A DNA stretch of 60,305 nt, the filler included, from Candidatus Zapsychrus exili (GTDB taxonomy: Bacteria; Omnitrophota; Gorgyraeia; Zapsychrales; Zapsychraceae): assembly GCA_030765585.1 (NCBI GenBank). It is 4 parts of 4 records of this genome, joined end to end, with 100 filler letters (N's around TTAATTAATTAA, not from the genome) between each part and the next. Parts side by side here need not be neighbours in the genome. Positions count along the whole stretch, not along the records: positions 9,936 to 27,334 come from JAVCCJ010000001.1; positions 27,435 to 48,117 come from JAVCCJ010000042.1; 2 more parts are not named here. One strand, given 5' to 3'. Positions 21,526-31,399 of this stretch are shown piece by piece. The notes below the pieces were generated by a model. It saw only the letters and a program-made list of their open reading frames with translations. It did not search any database and was not told the DNA's origin. Numbering within the stretch: the first letter of the stretch is position 1; each line of letters starts with the position of its first letter. The position numbers and the translations under genes were made by a program.

Positions 21526-21544
21526 AAGGGGACGGTTCTATTTT
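21526..21544. repeat. 19-bp inverted repeat, right copy
   Basis: AAGGGGACGGTTCTATTTT. Confidence 0.9.
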
Positions 21545-21575
21545 TCTTTTAACACTTATTCAGAATGTCAATTAA

Positions 21576-22157
21576 TTAGGCGTCTTCAACTAAATCAGAA
21601 ATCGACGGATACCCAACAAGTTCTATATTATCAGGTTGTTTGTCTTGTCTCATTTTCGGCTCAATTAGTTTTGGTAAATAAGTATACACAGGACTATCAA
21701 CTGTTGGCTTGTTTAAAATCACTTTCATTTTCTTTTTTAATTCTTTTTTGAATCGCTGTGCTTCAGTGACACCAATATCTTTCCCCAAGTGTTCGTAAAA
21801 ATTAATCACTGTATGGTCTACATCAAACGGAGGATCAACTTTCTTTTCTGCAATAACTATCGTGCTAAAGGGACGAAGAGCGTGCCTTACTCCTAATTCA
21901 TACAAAGCATTAGCATTAAGTGTAGAAATGTCTGCAATAACAATGTCTGCCTGATAAATCCAATCATACATAGGTTTATCGATACTACCATTAATAGCCA
22001 CATCATTAGCTCTAAAACATTTCATTTTTAGCGTCTTACACACAGGTTTGATAAGATTTTGATAAGTTTTGTCTAAATCAAAAGTTATTCCTTGCTTATA
22101 ATCAGTTTTTTGTCCATATCCCATGATTACAAAGCAGGTTTTTTGTTTTTTATTCAT
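21576..22157 (-). CDS. Nucleoside 2-deoxyribosyltransferase-like/deoxyribohydrolase domain protein, probably truncated
   Basis: CFVIMGYG, ADIVIADISTLNANALYELGVRHALRP. Confidence 0.75.
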   Translation of the reverse strand: MNKKQKTCFVIMGYGQKTDYKQGITFDLDKTYQNLIKPVCKTLKMKCFRANDVAINGSIDKPMYDWIYQADIVIADISTLNANALYELGVRHALRPFSTIVIAEKKVDPPFDVDHTVINFYEHLGKDIGVTEAQRFKKELKKKMKVILNKPTVDSPVYTYLPKLIEPKMRQDKQPDNIELVGYPSISDLVEDA

Positions 22158-22229
22158 ACCTCACATCCTTCGTATCAAGCATACCCTAATTGCCTATATA
22201 CTTCTGGCTTGTAATAATAATTCCCAGAA

Positions 22230-22766
22230 TCATACCTTATCACTTTTTTCTCTATTGCATTTCTCACAAAGTAATTCTACATTCCTGACTGTATTGCTAC
22301 CCCCTTTTACAACTGGTATTATATGGTCAAATTCGAGATTTTCTCTACTACCACATTTAACACATTTACCGCTGTCTCTTCGCCATACAGTTTCCTTAAT
22401 TTCATCTGGTATTCTCTCTCTTCTATTCTTTAGCCCATATTCTTTTTCAAGTAATTTTTTTCTGACTTTTCGTCTTATTTTATCCTTTCTTATTCTCTCT
22501 TTTTCCTTCCTTTCTATCTCTAAAACCTCTTCTTTCCTATCTGCCCTCTCCTGAGATAATCGCTCTTCCTGAGTGAGTGGATGTCCCAACCTAATCATAC
22601 CTATAAAGAAACATAAGGAAATCCAAAGGATAACCAAAACCAAAAGGAATACTTCTATCCCATAAGGCACTGTAAATAGAGAAATAACAAGTGCAATGTA
22701 GAATGCTTTTCTCGCTACTGAAATAGGTTGTTTTTTGGTGTGGTCCTTCTTAATTTCTTTTACCAC
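22230..22766 (-). CDS. HNH endonuclease with N-terminal TM helices
   Basis: RDSGKCVKCG..LEFDHIIPVVKGGSN..N..LCEKCN. Confidence 0.9.
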   Translation of the reverse strand: MVKEIKKDHTKKQPISVARKAFYIALVISLFTVPYGIEVFLLVLVILWISLCFFIGMIRLGHPLTQEERLSQERADRKEEVLEIERKEKERIRKDKIRRKVRKKLLEKEYGLKNRRERIPDEIKETVWRRDSGKCVKCGSRENLEFDHIIPVVKGGSNTVRNVELLCEKCNREKSDKV

Positions 22767-22933
22767 CTTCTATATTATGCTATACCTTTGCTTAACTTTT
22801 TATATTTCTCAGATTCTTGAAATATCTTATGTCTTTTCTGTGATTTATTCAATTCTCTTTCTAATTTTTTAAGATTTATCCACTCTCTCATATTTAATCA
22901 TCCTAATGCTTCTTATGCTGAACATAACATTCT

Positions 22934-23653
22934 TCACACACCAACTAACTGTGGCATTTGATCCCAATATTTGCCTTCTAGTTTACGTCCAGTCTTCTTT
23001 TTATTTGTTCCACCCCATTGCTTAAAGAAAAAAGGTACTTTTTGTTTTACGCATTGATCTCGAAGATTCGTCACCCACTCAGGATCCATATATCGAGCTC
23101 CTGGGCCTGATTCTCCACCGACGATCGCCCAATCAATATTCTTTAAATTAACTTTCCCTACTGCTCCAATAAGCGGTTCAAATGAAATAAACTTTACATT
23201 CGCCTCTGTATACCTTAAGCAATCTATCCGATCCTTACACTTAGCGTTCTCAACGCTAACACCCATCCAAATGTTTTTTCCCCACGTCAATTCATCACTT
23301 AACTCTGCCAAGCGATCCGCTCTTTTGGTTAGGATCTGAAACGTGTGAATAGACGCTCTATTCATAACATCAAAAACCTTCTTGATGAAAGCTTTTGATA
23401 CCTTGCGATGAAAAAGATCACTCATTGAATTTACAAAAATGGTTTGAGGCTTCTTCCATTTAAGCGGTAATTCAAGCACATGCTCATGGCACATCAACTC
23501 AAAACCATTGCGATAGTTTACTTGTCCCATAGCCTGCAACCTTTTTGCCATTCGTTCAGCGTAGCAATTCTTACAACCCGAACTAATCTTTGTACATCCA
23601 GTCACCGGATTCCATGTTGATTCCGTCCATTCAATTTTCGATTGTGCCGCCAT
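22934..23653 (-). CDS. Phage Gp37/Gp68 family (DUF5131) protein
   Basis: IEWTESTWNPVTGCTKISSGCKNCYAE, NSMSDLFH, GGESG, FFFKQWGG. Confidence 0.92.
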   Translation of the reverse strand: MAAQSKIEWTESTWNPVTGCTKISSGCKNCYAERMAKRLQAMGQVNYRNGFELMCHEHVLELPLKWKKPQTIFVNSMSDLFHRKVSKAFIKKVFDVMNRASIHTFQILTKRADRLAELSDELTWGKNIWMGVSVENAKCKDRIDCLRYTEANVKFISFEPLIGAVGKVNLKNIDWAIVGGESGPGARYMDPEWVTNLRDQCVKQKVPFFFKQWGGTNKKKTGRKLEGKYWDQMPQLVGV

Positions 23654-23655
23654 AA

Positions 23656-24780
23656 TTACACTCCTATGAATTTAATTAGAGCACCTTTAGTGACAGTATT
23701 ATTTCTTTGTTTTGGTTTTCTTTGCATTTCAATCAAACCTTCATTCTCCAATCGCATCAAGGCCTCTTTTATTGTTTTTTTAATACCATTTGTATTTACA
23801 TATGCCCATTCTTCAATATCATCATAAACAATGGTTTCTTGCTCTTTGCAATAGTCTTTAATGCGATTACGAAGATTGATTCTTTCCGGATCCTCAAACA
23901 ATGACATTTGCGCAGTCTTAACGCCAATAGCTTCAAAACGATATTCAACATCGCTAACTCGTGCCATGTTATCTTTCATAACTTCTAATGCTTTAAAATG
24001 CTGCGATGCATGAATAAGATAATAGCGAGGACGAATCCCTTGCCCAGGAGTATTAATTCGAAAAGGCATAACATACTTCGATTTTCCTATCTTTTGAAGA
24101 TTTTTGCAATATAAATTTATAAAGAATAGCTGGCGTTGTTCAGCATTTTGTGTTTTTTCTACATCTTTATATTCATCAGTACCAAACAAATCCAACATAG
24201 ATTGTTCTGCATGACCTTGCTCCCAAAACCGAACTACATCGTAAACCATATAGTTTATAAAAATTTCGCTCCTTGGATAGGACAAGATTCTTTTCAATGT
24301 TTGCATTGAAAAGCCCGAATATCCAAACGGATCTACAAAAAAGAACATGGGATAATTTTTAATAGCATTCGTATCAATTTCATCTAATATTGCATTAATT
24401 CGTTGCTCAAAATCACCCTGATGCACTTGCCAATATTGGTTATTAGTATTAATTCTGTTAAGAATATTCCGCAAGGACTTGACACATTCTTTATCCTTAT
24501 CTATGCAGAATATAACAACTTTTCTTTGCTTATCATCTACGATTAAATCATTCGCGATATTTGCAACCAAAACAGGAGAACCTGCGCATTTAGAAGTTTT
24601 TGTAGTGTCACAATAATATTCGCCGGGACCACAAAATCCATCAAAATAGGTAACAAGTTGTGATTTACCATAATTCTTGCTTGCACTAAATAATATTTTC
24701 ATCCAAACCGCAATATATTGTTTAAGTAAATCATGTTTTATTTTTGTCGGTTCTTCTATAATCCAAGGTACATTCATCAT
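23656..24780 (-). CDS. tcmP: Three-Cys-motif partner protein (TcmP; methyltransferase-like with wHTH)
   Basis: KHDLLKQY, YFDGFCGPG, FFFVDPFG, SEIFINY; 2 bp from the DUF5131 gene. Confidence 0.85.
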   Translation of the reverse strand: MMNVPWIIEEPTKIKHDLLKQYIAVWMKILFSASKNYGKSQLVTYFDGFCGPGEYYCDTTKTSKCAGSPVLVANIANDLIVDDKQRKVVIFCIDKDKECVKSLRNILNRINTNNQYWQVHQGDFEQRINAILDEIDTNAIKNYPMFFFVDPFGYSGFSMQTLKRILSYPRSEIFINYMVYDVVRFWEQGHAEQSMLDLFGTDEYKDVEKTQNAEQRQLFFINLYCKNLQKIGKSKYVMPFRINTPGQGIRPRYYLIHASQHFKALEVMKDNMARVSDVEYRFEAIGVKTAQMSLFEDPERINLRNRIKDYCKEQETIVYDDIEEWAYVNTNGIKKTIKEALMRLENEGLIEMQRKPKQRNNTVTKGALIKFIGV

Positions 24781-24908
24781 CTTCCCAATACAATTTTTCT
24801 TTCATCTTGCATAAGTTCATATGAGTCAAATGCAGGTTCATTGATTTCTTTCTAGCAAATCCAAACTCCTTCTTCTCCTTGATTATCTGTTTTCGGCAAC
24901 TCTAATTC

Positions 24909-25841
24909 TCACAGTTTTAAACTCTTAATGTGCTTCCTTAAGGATTTTTCTAGCCTAATCATTCCTTCAATCATATCGTCTTGCAATTTATCCCATTCTT
25001 CCTTATCATTTAATCCTGCATAGTCAAATCTTTTGCTAATACGAGAGGCTCTTCTATCATCAAGTCGCTCCCATTTAAGTTTGCCTCCGAAATCATTTTC
25101 GATTTCATTTTTCTGGGAATAAAGTTCATCAAATATCTTCTTATTTTCTTCGTTGTTTTCTTTCCCGCGATCAATATATAACTCAACTTGTCCATGTTTG
25201 TACGTTATCGCATAATTAAATCCTAATCCTCTTTTTCCAGAACCAGCACCAATCCATGAATATATTGATGGTGATATATTGGCATGAAGAGATGTTTTCT
25301 TCTTGCTTTTTTCTAATAAAGTTTTCCAAAATTCATGCCTCTTTTTATGCCTCCCAGCAAGTTCTTTCTTTTCTTCACCCACAATCTCAGTCTTTTCACT
25401 AGGACCTGTTATCACAGTAAATTTGGCAGCTGGTTCAGAGTTTCCAATACGATAGGCCTCAATCTTGACTAAATAAAAACAAACATCACTCCCTGTTTCA
25501 TTCAACCATTGTATTGCAGTCTCATGTTCAGGGCGTGGTTTACTAGAAATCCATATAGCTGTTTTGGCTTCAAGATTCGACACATAGGTAAGCATTTTTC
25601 CAAGATGATCATGGTCAGTTTTTTCAAGCTGGTTTTCTATAAGAACTTTTTGTCCTGATCCATCCTCTGCCGTAATATCCGCAGAAAAAGAACCAACATT
25701 CTTTTCTTTCTCATCCGCTGTCAAATCCATATCCAACTCTTCACCTAAAACTTCTAAGTTTTCGTACAACCAAGAGGTAAAATCTTTAGCCTCATTTCTC
25801 CAAACTTCCCTCAATGGAACTCTTTCAATTTTCCCAATCAT
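24909..25841 (-). CDS. DUF4268-domain protein with N-terminal PD-(D/E)xK-like nuclease domain
   Basis: EAKDFTSWL, ADI, IENQLEKTDHDHLGK; C-terminal FW...LxWERL. Confidence 0.85.
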   Translation of the reverse strand: MIGKIERVPLREVWRNEAKDFTSWLYENLEVLGEELDMDLTADEKEKNVGSFSADITAEDGSGQKVLIENQLEKTDHDHLGKMLTYVSNLEAKTAIWISSKPRPEHETAIQWLNETGSDVCFYLVKIEAYRIGNSEPAAKFTVITGPSEKTEIVGEEKKELAGRHKKRHEFWKTLLEKSKKKTSLHANISPSIYSWIGAGSGKRGLGFNYAITYKHGQVELYIDRGKENNEENKKIFDELYSQKNEIENDFGGKLKWERLDDRRASRISKRFDYAGLNDKEEWDKLQDDMIEGMIRLEKSLRKHIKSLKL

Positions 25842-26038
25842 ATTTTTATCCCTTTTTTTACCACTAATTTTATATATAAAAACTCCATGATGACCATTCG
25901 AAAATACTCAGAACTCCCTTCAATCGCAATACTTAATTCTTTTGCTTAAAACAGGCTAATTTCTCTTAGTCCCCATCCAAATATTAGTAACTATATTCAT
26001 CTATTGCTTTTAAGGAATTGTCTTTTATCTTTTGTTTA

Positions 26039-26659
26039 TTATTGAGATTTTCCAAGACTTTTTTCTTTTTTGCTATCTTTTAGATTAAATGTATAACTAA
26101 AATCATCCTTATTAATTATTTGATATTCCATATTTTCCACGGTATATAATTTTTGGCTAACAAAATGGGCTGGGATATACTTAATAACAAAGAATTTAAT
26201 GGTATCATTAAAAACGTGATCTGGGGAGCCAATGCCTTTTAAAGCGATTATATTATTTTCGATAACTAAAGTGGCTGGACTAAAAACCCCGCGTTCATTT
26301 GATACCTCTACACTATTTTTTTCTGGAACATTCTCTAATTCAAAAAATATTATAGCTCTTTCATTAGAGAAACCAGGGTACGAGAAAACTTTAACTCTTT
26401 TATTTAAATCCTGATTCTTAAATTTCTCAAACGTAAATTCTTTGGGGGAATTAACGGAAACATCTATTTTATTTGCAGTTATTCCTCCGGATTGATTATA
26501 ACTAGTAACATAAACTTTCTTTTTGGTATCATTTTCGCCAATATTTTTGATTTCTTTTTTTGGATAAACAAATATAAACCATGACCAAATAATAATACCT
26601 ACAATATATGCTATTATCCGTAGAGGCAAAGACAGATTGATTAAAAATTCATTTAACAT
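26039..26659 (-). CDS. Hypothetical membrane-anchored protein
   Basis: N-terminal TM helix, VTSYNQSGGITA motif, AGGAG RBS. Confidence 0.6.
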   Translation of the reverse strand: MLNEFLINLSLPLRIIAYIVGIIIWSWFIFVYPKKEIKNIGENDTKKKVYVTSYNQSGGITANKIDVSVNSPKEFTFEKFKNQDLNKRVKVFSYPGFSNERAIIFFELENVPEKNSVEVSNERGVFSPATLVIENNIIALKGIGSPDHVFNDTIKFFVIKYIPAHFVSQKLYTVENMEYQIINKDDFSYTFNLKDSKKEKSLGKSQ

Positions 26660-26711
26660 TTGTTGATCTCCTTGATAAAATAGAGATAGACACCTTTTCC
26701 TTTTTTACAAT

Positions 26712-27334
26712 TTATAAAACACAAACAAATTCACCAACAATCTGAAAATCACTTGCCGAAACATTTTCAAGAACTATATTATCAAAATCTTTATTATCTG
26801 GCGAGAGAATTATTCTTTTATGCTGCCATGTTCCATCATCAAAATATTCTTTTTCACTGTGATACCTCTTTATTGTATACGTTCCCTGTGATTCAGGATC
26901 TCGAAGTGCATTGCAATTAGCTAAAACAATTTTCCCTTCCCTGGATCCTCCCCGTTCTTTTCTAAATACACACCAACTATTATCAGGAATGGTGGGCTCC
27001 ATAGATTTTCCCACAACTTTCGCAATAAACATATTTTCATTAATTTTTATAGAGGCTTTAACTTGCATCCACCCCAATTTTTCAACAAATTCTTCTTTTC
27101 CAAAAGCGGTCGCAACGGCCTCAAGAGAATAAGCCGGCAAATACTCAGTAAATTGAAGTTTCCCAATAACTGATTCCTCTATCTTTATGCGCAATTTGTC
27201 ATCATGTGAAATAAGGTCAGAAAAATATTGTGGTTCCTTTGTTAGAGCGGGGGCAGCTTGAATGCGCGATCTAAAAAAAGATTCCGTTTCTTTATCGACA
27301 AAGCATACATAGCACCCCTTCAGACCCCGCGTCA
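26712..27334 (-). CDS. C-terminal part of a DUF2075-type helicase-S24 peptidase fusion (5' end cut by contig end)
   Basis: Frame stays open to the gap: TRGLKGCYVCFVDKET, then GKSMEPTI...YTIKRY (Ser-Lys dyad). Confidence 0.75.
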
Positions 27335-27434
27335 NNNNNNNNNNNNNNNNNNNNNNNNNNNNNNNNNNNNNNNNNNNNTTAATTAATTAANNNNNNNNNN
27401 NNNNNNNNNNNNNNNNNNNNNNNNNNNNNNNNNN
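27335..27434. other. Artificial contig linker
   Basis: N-run with TTAATTAATTAA. Confidence 0.98.
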
Positions 27435-27560
27435 AAAGTATCAGAAAAGAAATTAAAAGAGGTCCAAGAACTATTAAACGACAGGCCTCGAAAAGTACAT
27501 GATTTTTATACACCTAATGAGGTATTCTTTAAACTGTTGCACTAGAAACTAGAATCTACA
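27435..27560 (+). mobile_element. Right end of an IS30-family element
   Basis: KVSEKKLKEVQELLNDRPRKVHDFYTPNEVF..* (27435-27545); terminal IR 27535-27560 reads TGTAGATTC...GCAACA on the minus strand, like the IS30 IR. Confidence 0.85.
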
Positions 27561-27677
27561 CGTTTCTGGTCTATTGCTGGTCTATTGCAACAACCTTACC
27601 ATTCTGGAGTCTTACTTTCAAGCGCTTGGTGATAATAATGGGGACAGGCTACTATCTAAGTTGGAGGCTATCCCTAT

Positions 27678-28232
27678 TTATATTCTAAAAACTTTACAAA
27701 ATGTAGGAAAAATCACTTTAAAAGCATCTTTCATCACAGAATATATTTTAGCACCCTCAAGGAATGCGTTCAAAGCTTCAATCTTTATAGGATCAATTTT
27801 ATTCTTGAAGCTATCAAGAATATTAGCACAGGACTGTTTCCAGTTTTCTTCATTTGATGCCCATAAAATTTCAGCTGCTTTGGTCATTTCTCCCTTAAGA
27901 GCATTTGCAAGTTGCAATTTTCGTCCTTCCCCGTATGTCAATGCAACCAAGCTAGTGATTTTATCAGAAAGCAAAAACTTTCTAACTTCTTTGCTTAAAT
28001 TTCTATATTCCTCGTTATTTAATGAGAGTTCTTTACTATTATAAACTCCTTCTTTATGAATTTGCATAGCCTGCAAGCGAACATAAATTGCATCCAACCA
28101 GTTTACTACTTCAATTAACAAATCTCCGCGATACTTTGCCTGTTCAGATGCATACTGATAAACCACCGAAAGCATTGTTGCGAATAATGCTCCAATCAAA
28201 CCTGATAATAAAATATTCATAAATTCCCCCAT
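27678..28232 (-). CDS. Hypothetical protein with N-terminal TM helix
   Basis: 184-aa helical ORF. Confidence 0.6.
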   Translation of the reverse strand: MGEFMNILLSGLIGALFATMLSVVYQYASEQAKYRGDLLIEVVNWLDAIYVRLQAMQIHKEGVYNSKELSLNNEEYRNLSKEVRKFLLSDKITSLVALTYGEGRKLQLANALKGEMTKAAEILWASNEENWKQSCANILDSFKNKIDPIKIEALNAFLEGAKIYSVMKDAFKVIFPTFCKVFRI

Positions 28233-28590
28233 AATGTTACTCTAAATTAATAGGGACGTTCCCCGATTTATACTTAAGAGTGTCCCCAGAAAGCTATTTG
28301 TTCGCGGTGTTTCTTTTTTCGGTAATTCCCAGAAGCGTGGAATTACCTCTTAGAGATAAGCTCTGCTTATCTCTTATATGAAAAGCGCTTATACTTCTTG
28401 CGCTTAAATTTCCTGCGGGATTGAGATAAGATTTTTTGTAGTACTACTTGTATAATTACTTGTATTAGGTACGTTCAGTCATCCTACACCTGAAGCAAAT
28501 TTATGTCAATTTTATTAATTATGCTTAACATTAGTAGGATAGTAGGGATTAGGAAGACTTAAACAACTACGTAGTGACTACGTAGTTGAT

Positions 28591-28962
28591 GAGATTGCCG
28601 CGCCTATCGGCTCGCAATGACAAAGGACGAGCGCAACAACAATACATTGCTTTTGTTTTGGATGTTAAACGCCGTTAGGAAATTTTAGTATGATTTATAC
28701 ATCGAGCAAGCAAATACCACAGCAGCATTACTGTTTGAGGTCTCGCTTTAATGCGAGACGAGTTTAATGCGGCGTTAAGCGAGATGTGCGAATTTTACTT
28801 TAAAATTTTCTTAGGCAGGTTTCTTTTGGTCCTTTTCTTACATTAAGAAAAGGACAAGATGAAACGCTTGGCGTTTCTAAACGAAGCGTTACCGCTTCAA
28901 AAAACACTATAGGTGGTGCGTCCCTACCACATAGGGACAAGGTAAAGCGGTTGCCGCTACCT
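28591..28962. repeat. Cluster of structured palindromic repeats
   Basis: GAGATTGC..CTCGCAATGAC hairpin, an ~220-bp multi-stem unit and short hairpins repeated at 31400-31990. Confidence 0.85.
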
Positions 28963-29505
28963 TCAATTCTTCTGATCAAGATGTCCTTCGCGAATCACAA
29001 CATACTTATCCGTGTCAGTATTAACATCATAAATACTAAAATTATTATTTATATCAAACTTTTCATTGCGAACTGCAAAATTAATTGAAACTGAACCCGT
29101 GTCATCAGAACTTTTGATGCGATGAAAAACATTACACGGCCAAACAAGCATTGCCGCTCCTTCATAAAACATCTTATCATTTTTCTTTATATAATTTGGA
29201 GCCACTTCAAAGCGTTCAACTTGCTTATGTTCTACATTATAAATATCAGTGTACCTAGTGCCGCCTAAAACCAACAAATAGTCTTCTTGACCAGTATGCA
29301 TATACCATGGTCTCTTAACTTCGCCCACAGAACCTGGAGAAATTGCACCACCCTCATGAATTACACGATCGATTCCGTCTATGCGAGGTATTACATCTAA
29401 AGGAATAATATCAAAATGTACCCCTGGGGTCTGGCGAAAAGATTCTAACGGTAAAATTTTATATAGCCCTTTAACTTCTTGAAATATACTATTGTTATCG
29501 CTCAC
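28963..29505 (-). CDS. Cupin-fold hypothetical protein
   Basis: WYMHTGQED...VFHRI metal-binding cupin-like pattern. Confidence 0.6.
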   Translation of the reverse strand: MSDNNSIFQEVKGLYKILPLESFRQTPGVHFDIIPLDVIPRIDGIDRVIHEGGAISPGSVGEVKRPWYMHTGQEDYLLVLGGTRYTDIYNVEHKQVERFEVAPNYIKKNDKMFYEGAAMLVWPCNVFHRIKSSDDTGSVSINFAVRNEKFDINNNFSIYDVNTDTDKYVVIREGHLDQKN

Positions 29506-29566
29506 AAAATTCCTTTTTACCTTTTACAGCGCGCGTTAGCGCACATCTACCTTTTCCTTTTGCCTT

Positions 29567-31252
29567 TTACCTTTTACCCTTATTCCTACTGCTTCTATCT
29601 CTACCTCTATCTTTCCTATCTCTATCCCTATTTCTACCTCGGCTTCGACTTCTGCCATGATCACCTTCTGGTCGGGTCTTATCAACATTGGCCTTAATAA
29701 TAACCGGGCCTGTTCCTCTTTTCTTCTTCTTAAAATAAGAAAGTAGAATTTCAGCATCTTCAAACGGTAATGTAATAAAAGAAAACTTATCAAGAACTTG
29801 AACATCCTTTATCTTGCTTGGCCGTATTTCGCAGGTGTTTTCAATTAAACTGATAAGCTTATTACGAGATAATCCATCTCGTTTACCTTGAGTAACAAAC
29901 AATCGTGTCGTTCCTGCCTTGTCAACAACGCGGCTAGACTCTTCGATTTGAGCATAACTACCAACATTAAGCTGATCAGCAAATGCATGCTTTAGTAGCG
30001 CTGGCAATATCACCTCTGCTGGATTCTCAGCCAAAAGCTCTTCTGCCATTTTAGAATACTCTGGTTGCACATCGCCTTTAAGTAATTGTTCAATATCTAC
30101 TTTTATACGTGCACGTTTTGTATTTATAACATCTTTTACTTTAGGCAATTTTTCTTTTCTAATATCAGCCTTAACTTTTCTTTGAATAAACTGAAATCTT
30201 CTATATTCAGAAGGAGTAATAAATGTGATTGCATTTCCTTCTTTTCCAGCTCGACCCGTGCGTCCAATACGATGAACGTACGACTCTGGGTCTTGCGGTA
30301 TAGAAAAATTGATAACATGTGTTAGGTCAACTACATCTATTCCTCTTGCGGCAACGTCGGTTGCAACTAGAATACTTGTTTTCTTCTTTTTAAATCTGTC
30401 TAAAACTCTTTCACGAGCACTTTGATTCATATCGCCATGCAATGCATCTGCTTCGTAGCCACGATCTATTAGATGTTTATAGGTCACATCTACATCCACT
30501 TTTGTACGACAAAAAACAAGACCATAAAATTCTTCTTCAATATCAATAATTCGACAAAGAGCTTCAAACTTATCACTTTGAGATACTTCAAAATAGATTT
30601 GATCGGTTTGCGCAACGGTAAGTTCTACTTGTGCTGCCCTAATAACATCGTAATCGCCCATATATTTCTTAGCGATTTTCAGAATTTCTGGTGGCATGGT
30701 GGCTGAGAACAACAAAGTTTGACGGTCAGAGTTAGTCTGACTTAAAATTTCGCTTACCTCTTCAGTAAATCCCATGTTAAGCATTTCATCAGCTTCATCT
30801 AAAACTAGAAAAGACACCTTATCAAGTTTTAAAGTTCTACGTTTTAAATGATCTATCACGCGACCAGGTGTGCCGACTACAATATCAACGCCGCGTCTTA
30901 AACCTTTAAGTTGCAAACTGATTGATTGCCCGCCATAAATAGGCATAACACTTAGCTGTTTTCTTCCTTTTAAAGAATTGATTTCTTCAGAAACCTGAAC
31001 CGCTAGTTCGCGCGTGGGTGCGAGCACCAACGCTTGCGTATATCCTGCTTTTTCTTTAATAAGCTCAATAATAGGTAGGCCAAATGCTGCGGTCTTGCCT
31101 GTTCCTGTTTGTGCTTGAGCAACAATATCTTTTTTGCCATTTAATATAGCAGGAATAGTCTTCTCCTGAATAGAGCTTGGCTCTTCAAATCCCTTTTTCT
31201 TAATTACTTTTAAGATATCTTCTGATAATCCTAGTGTTTCAAATGATCCCAT
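29567..31252 (-). CDS. deaD: DEAD-box RNA helicase with DbpA-type RNA-binding domain
   Basis: Q motif, AQTGTGKT, PTRELA, DEAD, SAT, HRIGRTGRAG; RS/RD-rich tail. Confidence 0.93.
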   Translation of the reverse strand: MGSFETLGLSEDILKVIKKKGFEEPSSIQEKTIPAILNGKKDIVAQAQTGTGKTAAFGLPIIELIKEKAGYTQALVLAPTRELAVQVSEEINSLKGRKQLSVMPIYGGQSISLQLKGLRRGVDIVVGTPGRVIDHLKRRTLKLDKVSFLVLDEADEMLNMGFTEEVSEILSQTNSDRQTLLFSATMPPEILKIAKKYMGDYDVIRAAQVELTVAQTDQIYFEVSQSDKFEALCRIIDIEEEFYGLVFCRTKVDVDVTYKHLIDRGYEADALHGDMNQSARERVLDRFKKKKTSILVATDVAARGIDVVDLTHVINFSIPQDPESYVHRIGRTGRAGKEGNAITFITPSEYRRFQFIQRKVKADIRKEKLPKVKDVINTKRARIKVDIEQLLKGDVQPEYSKMAEELLAENPAEVILPALLKHAFADQLNVGSYAQIEESSRVVDKAGTTRLFVTQGKRDGLSRNKLISLIENTCEIRPSKIKDVQVLDKFSFITLPFEDAEILLSYFKKKKRGTGPVIIKANVDKTRPEGDHGRSRSRGRNRDRDRKDRGRDRSSRNKGKR

Positions 31253-31399
31253 AGCTTTTACCTTAATCCTTTTCCCTTTTTGTCTTTTTCCTTTTTCCTT
31301 TTTCCTTAATTTGCAGCGGCATTATAGCACATAATAAAAAAAGAGCCCTATTTATTAATAATAGAGCTCTTTTATAAGAAAATTCCTTATTATTGTTCT

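Noticed and set aside
29536..29805. 89-aa ORF with an EVEAEVEIGIEIG repeat
   Set aside because: Alternate frame of the RS/RD-rich deaD tail
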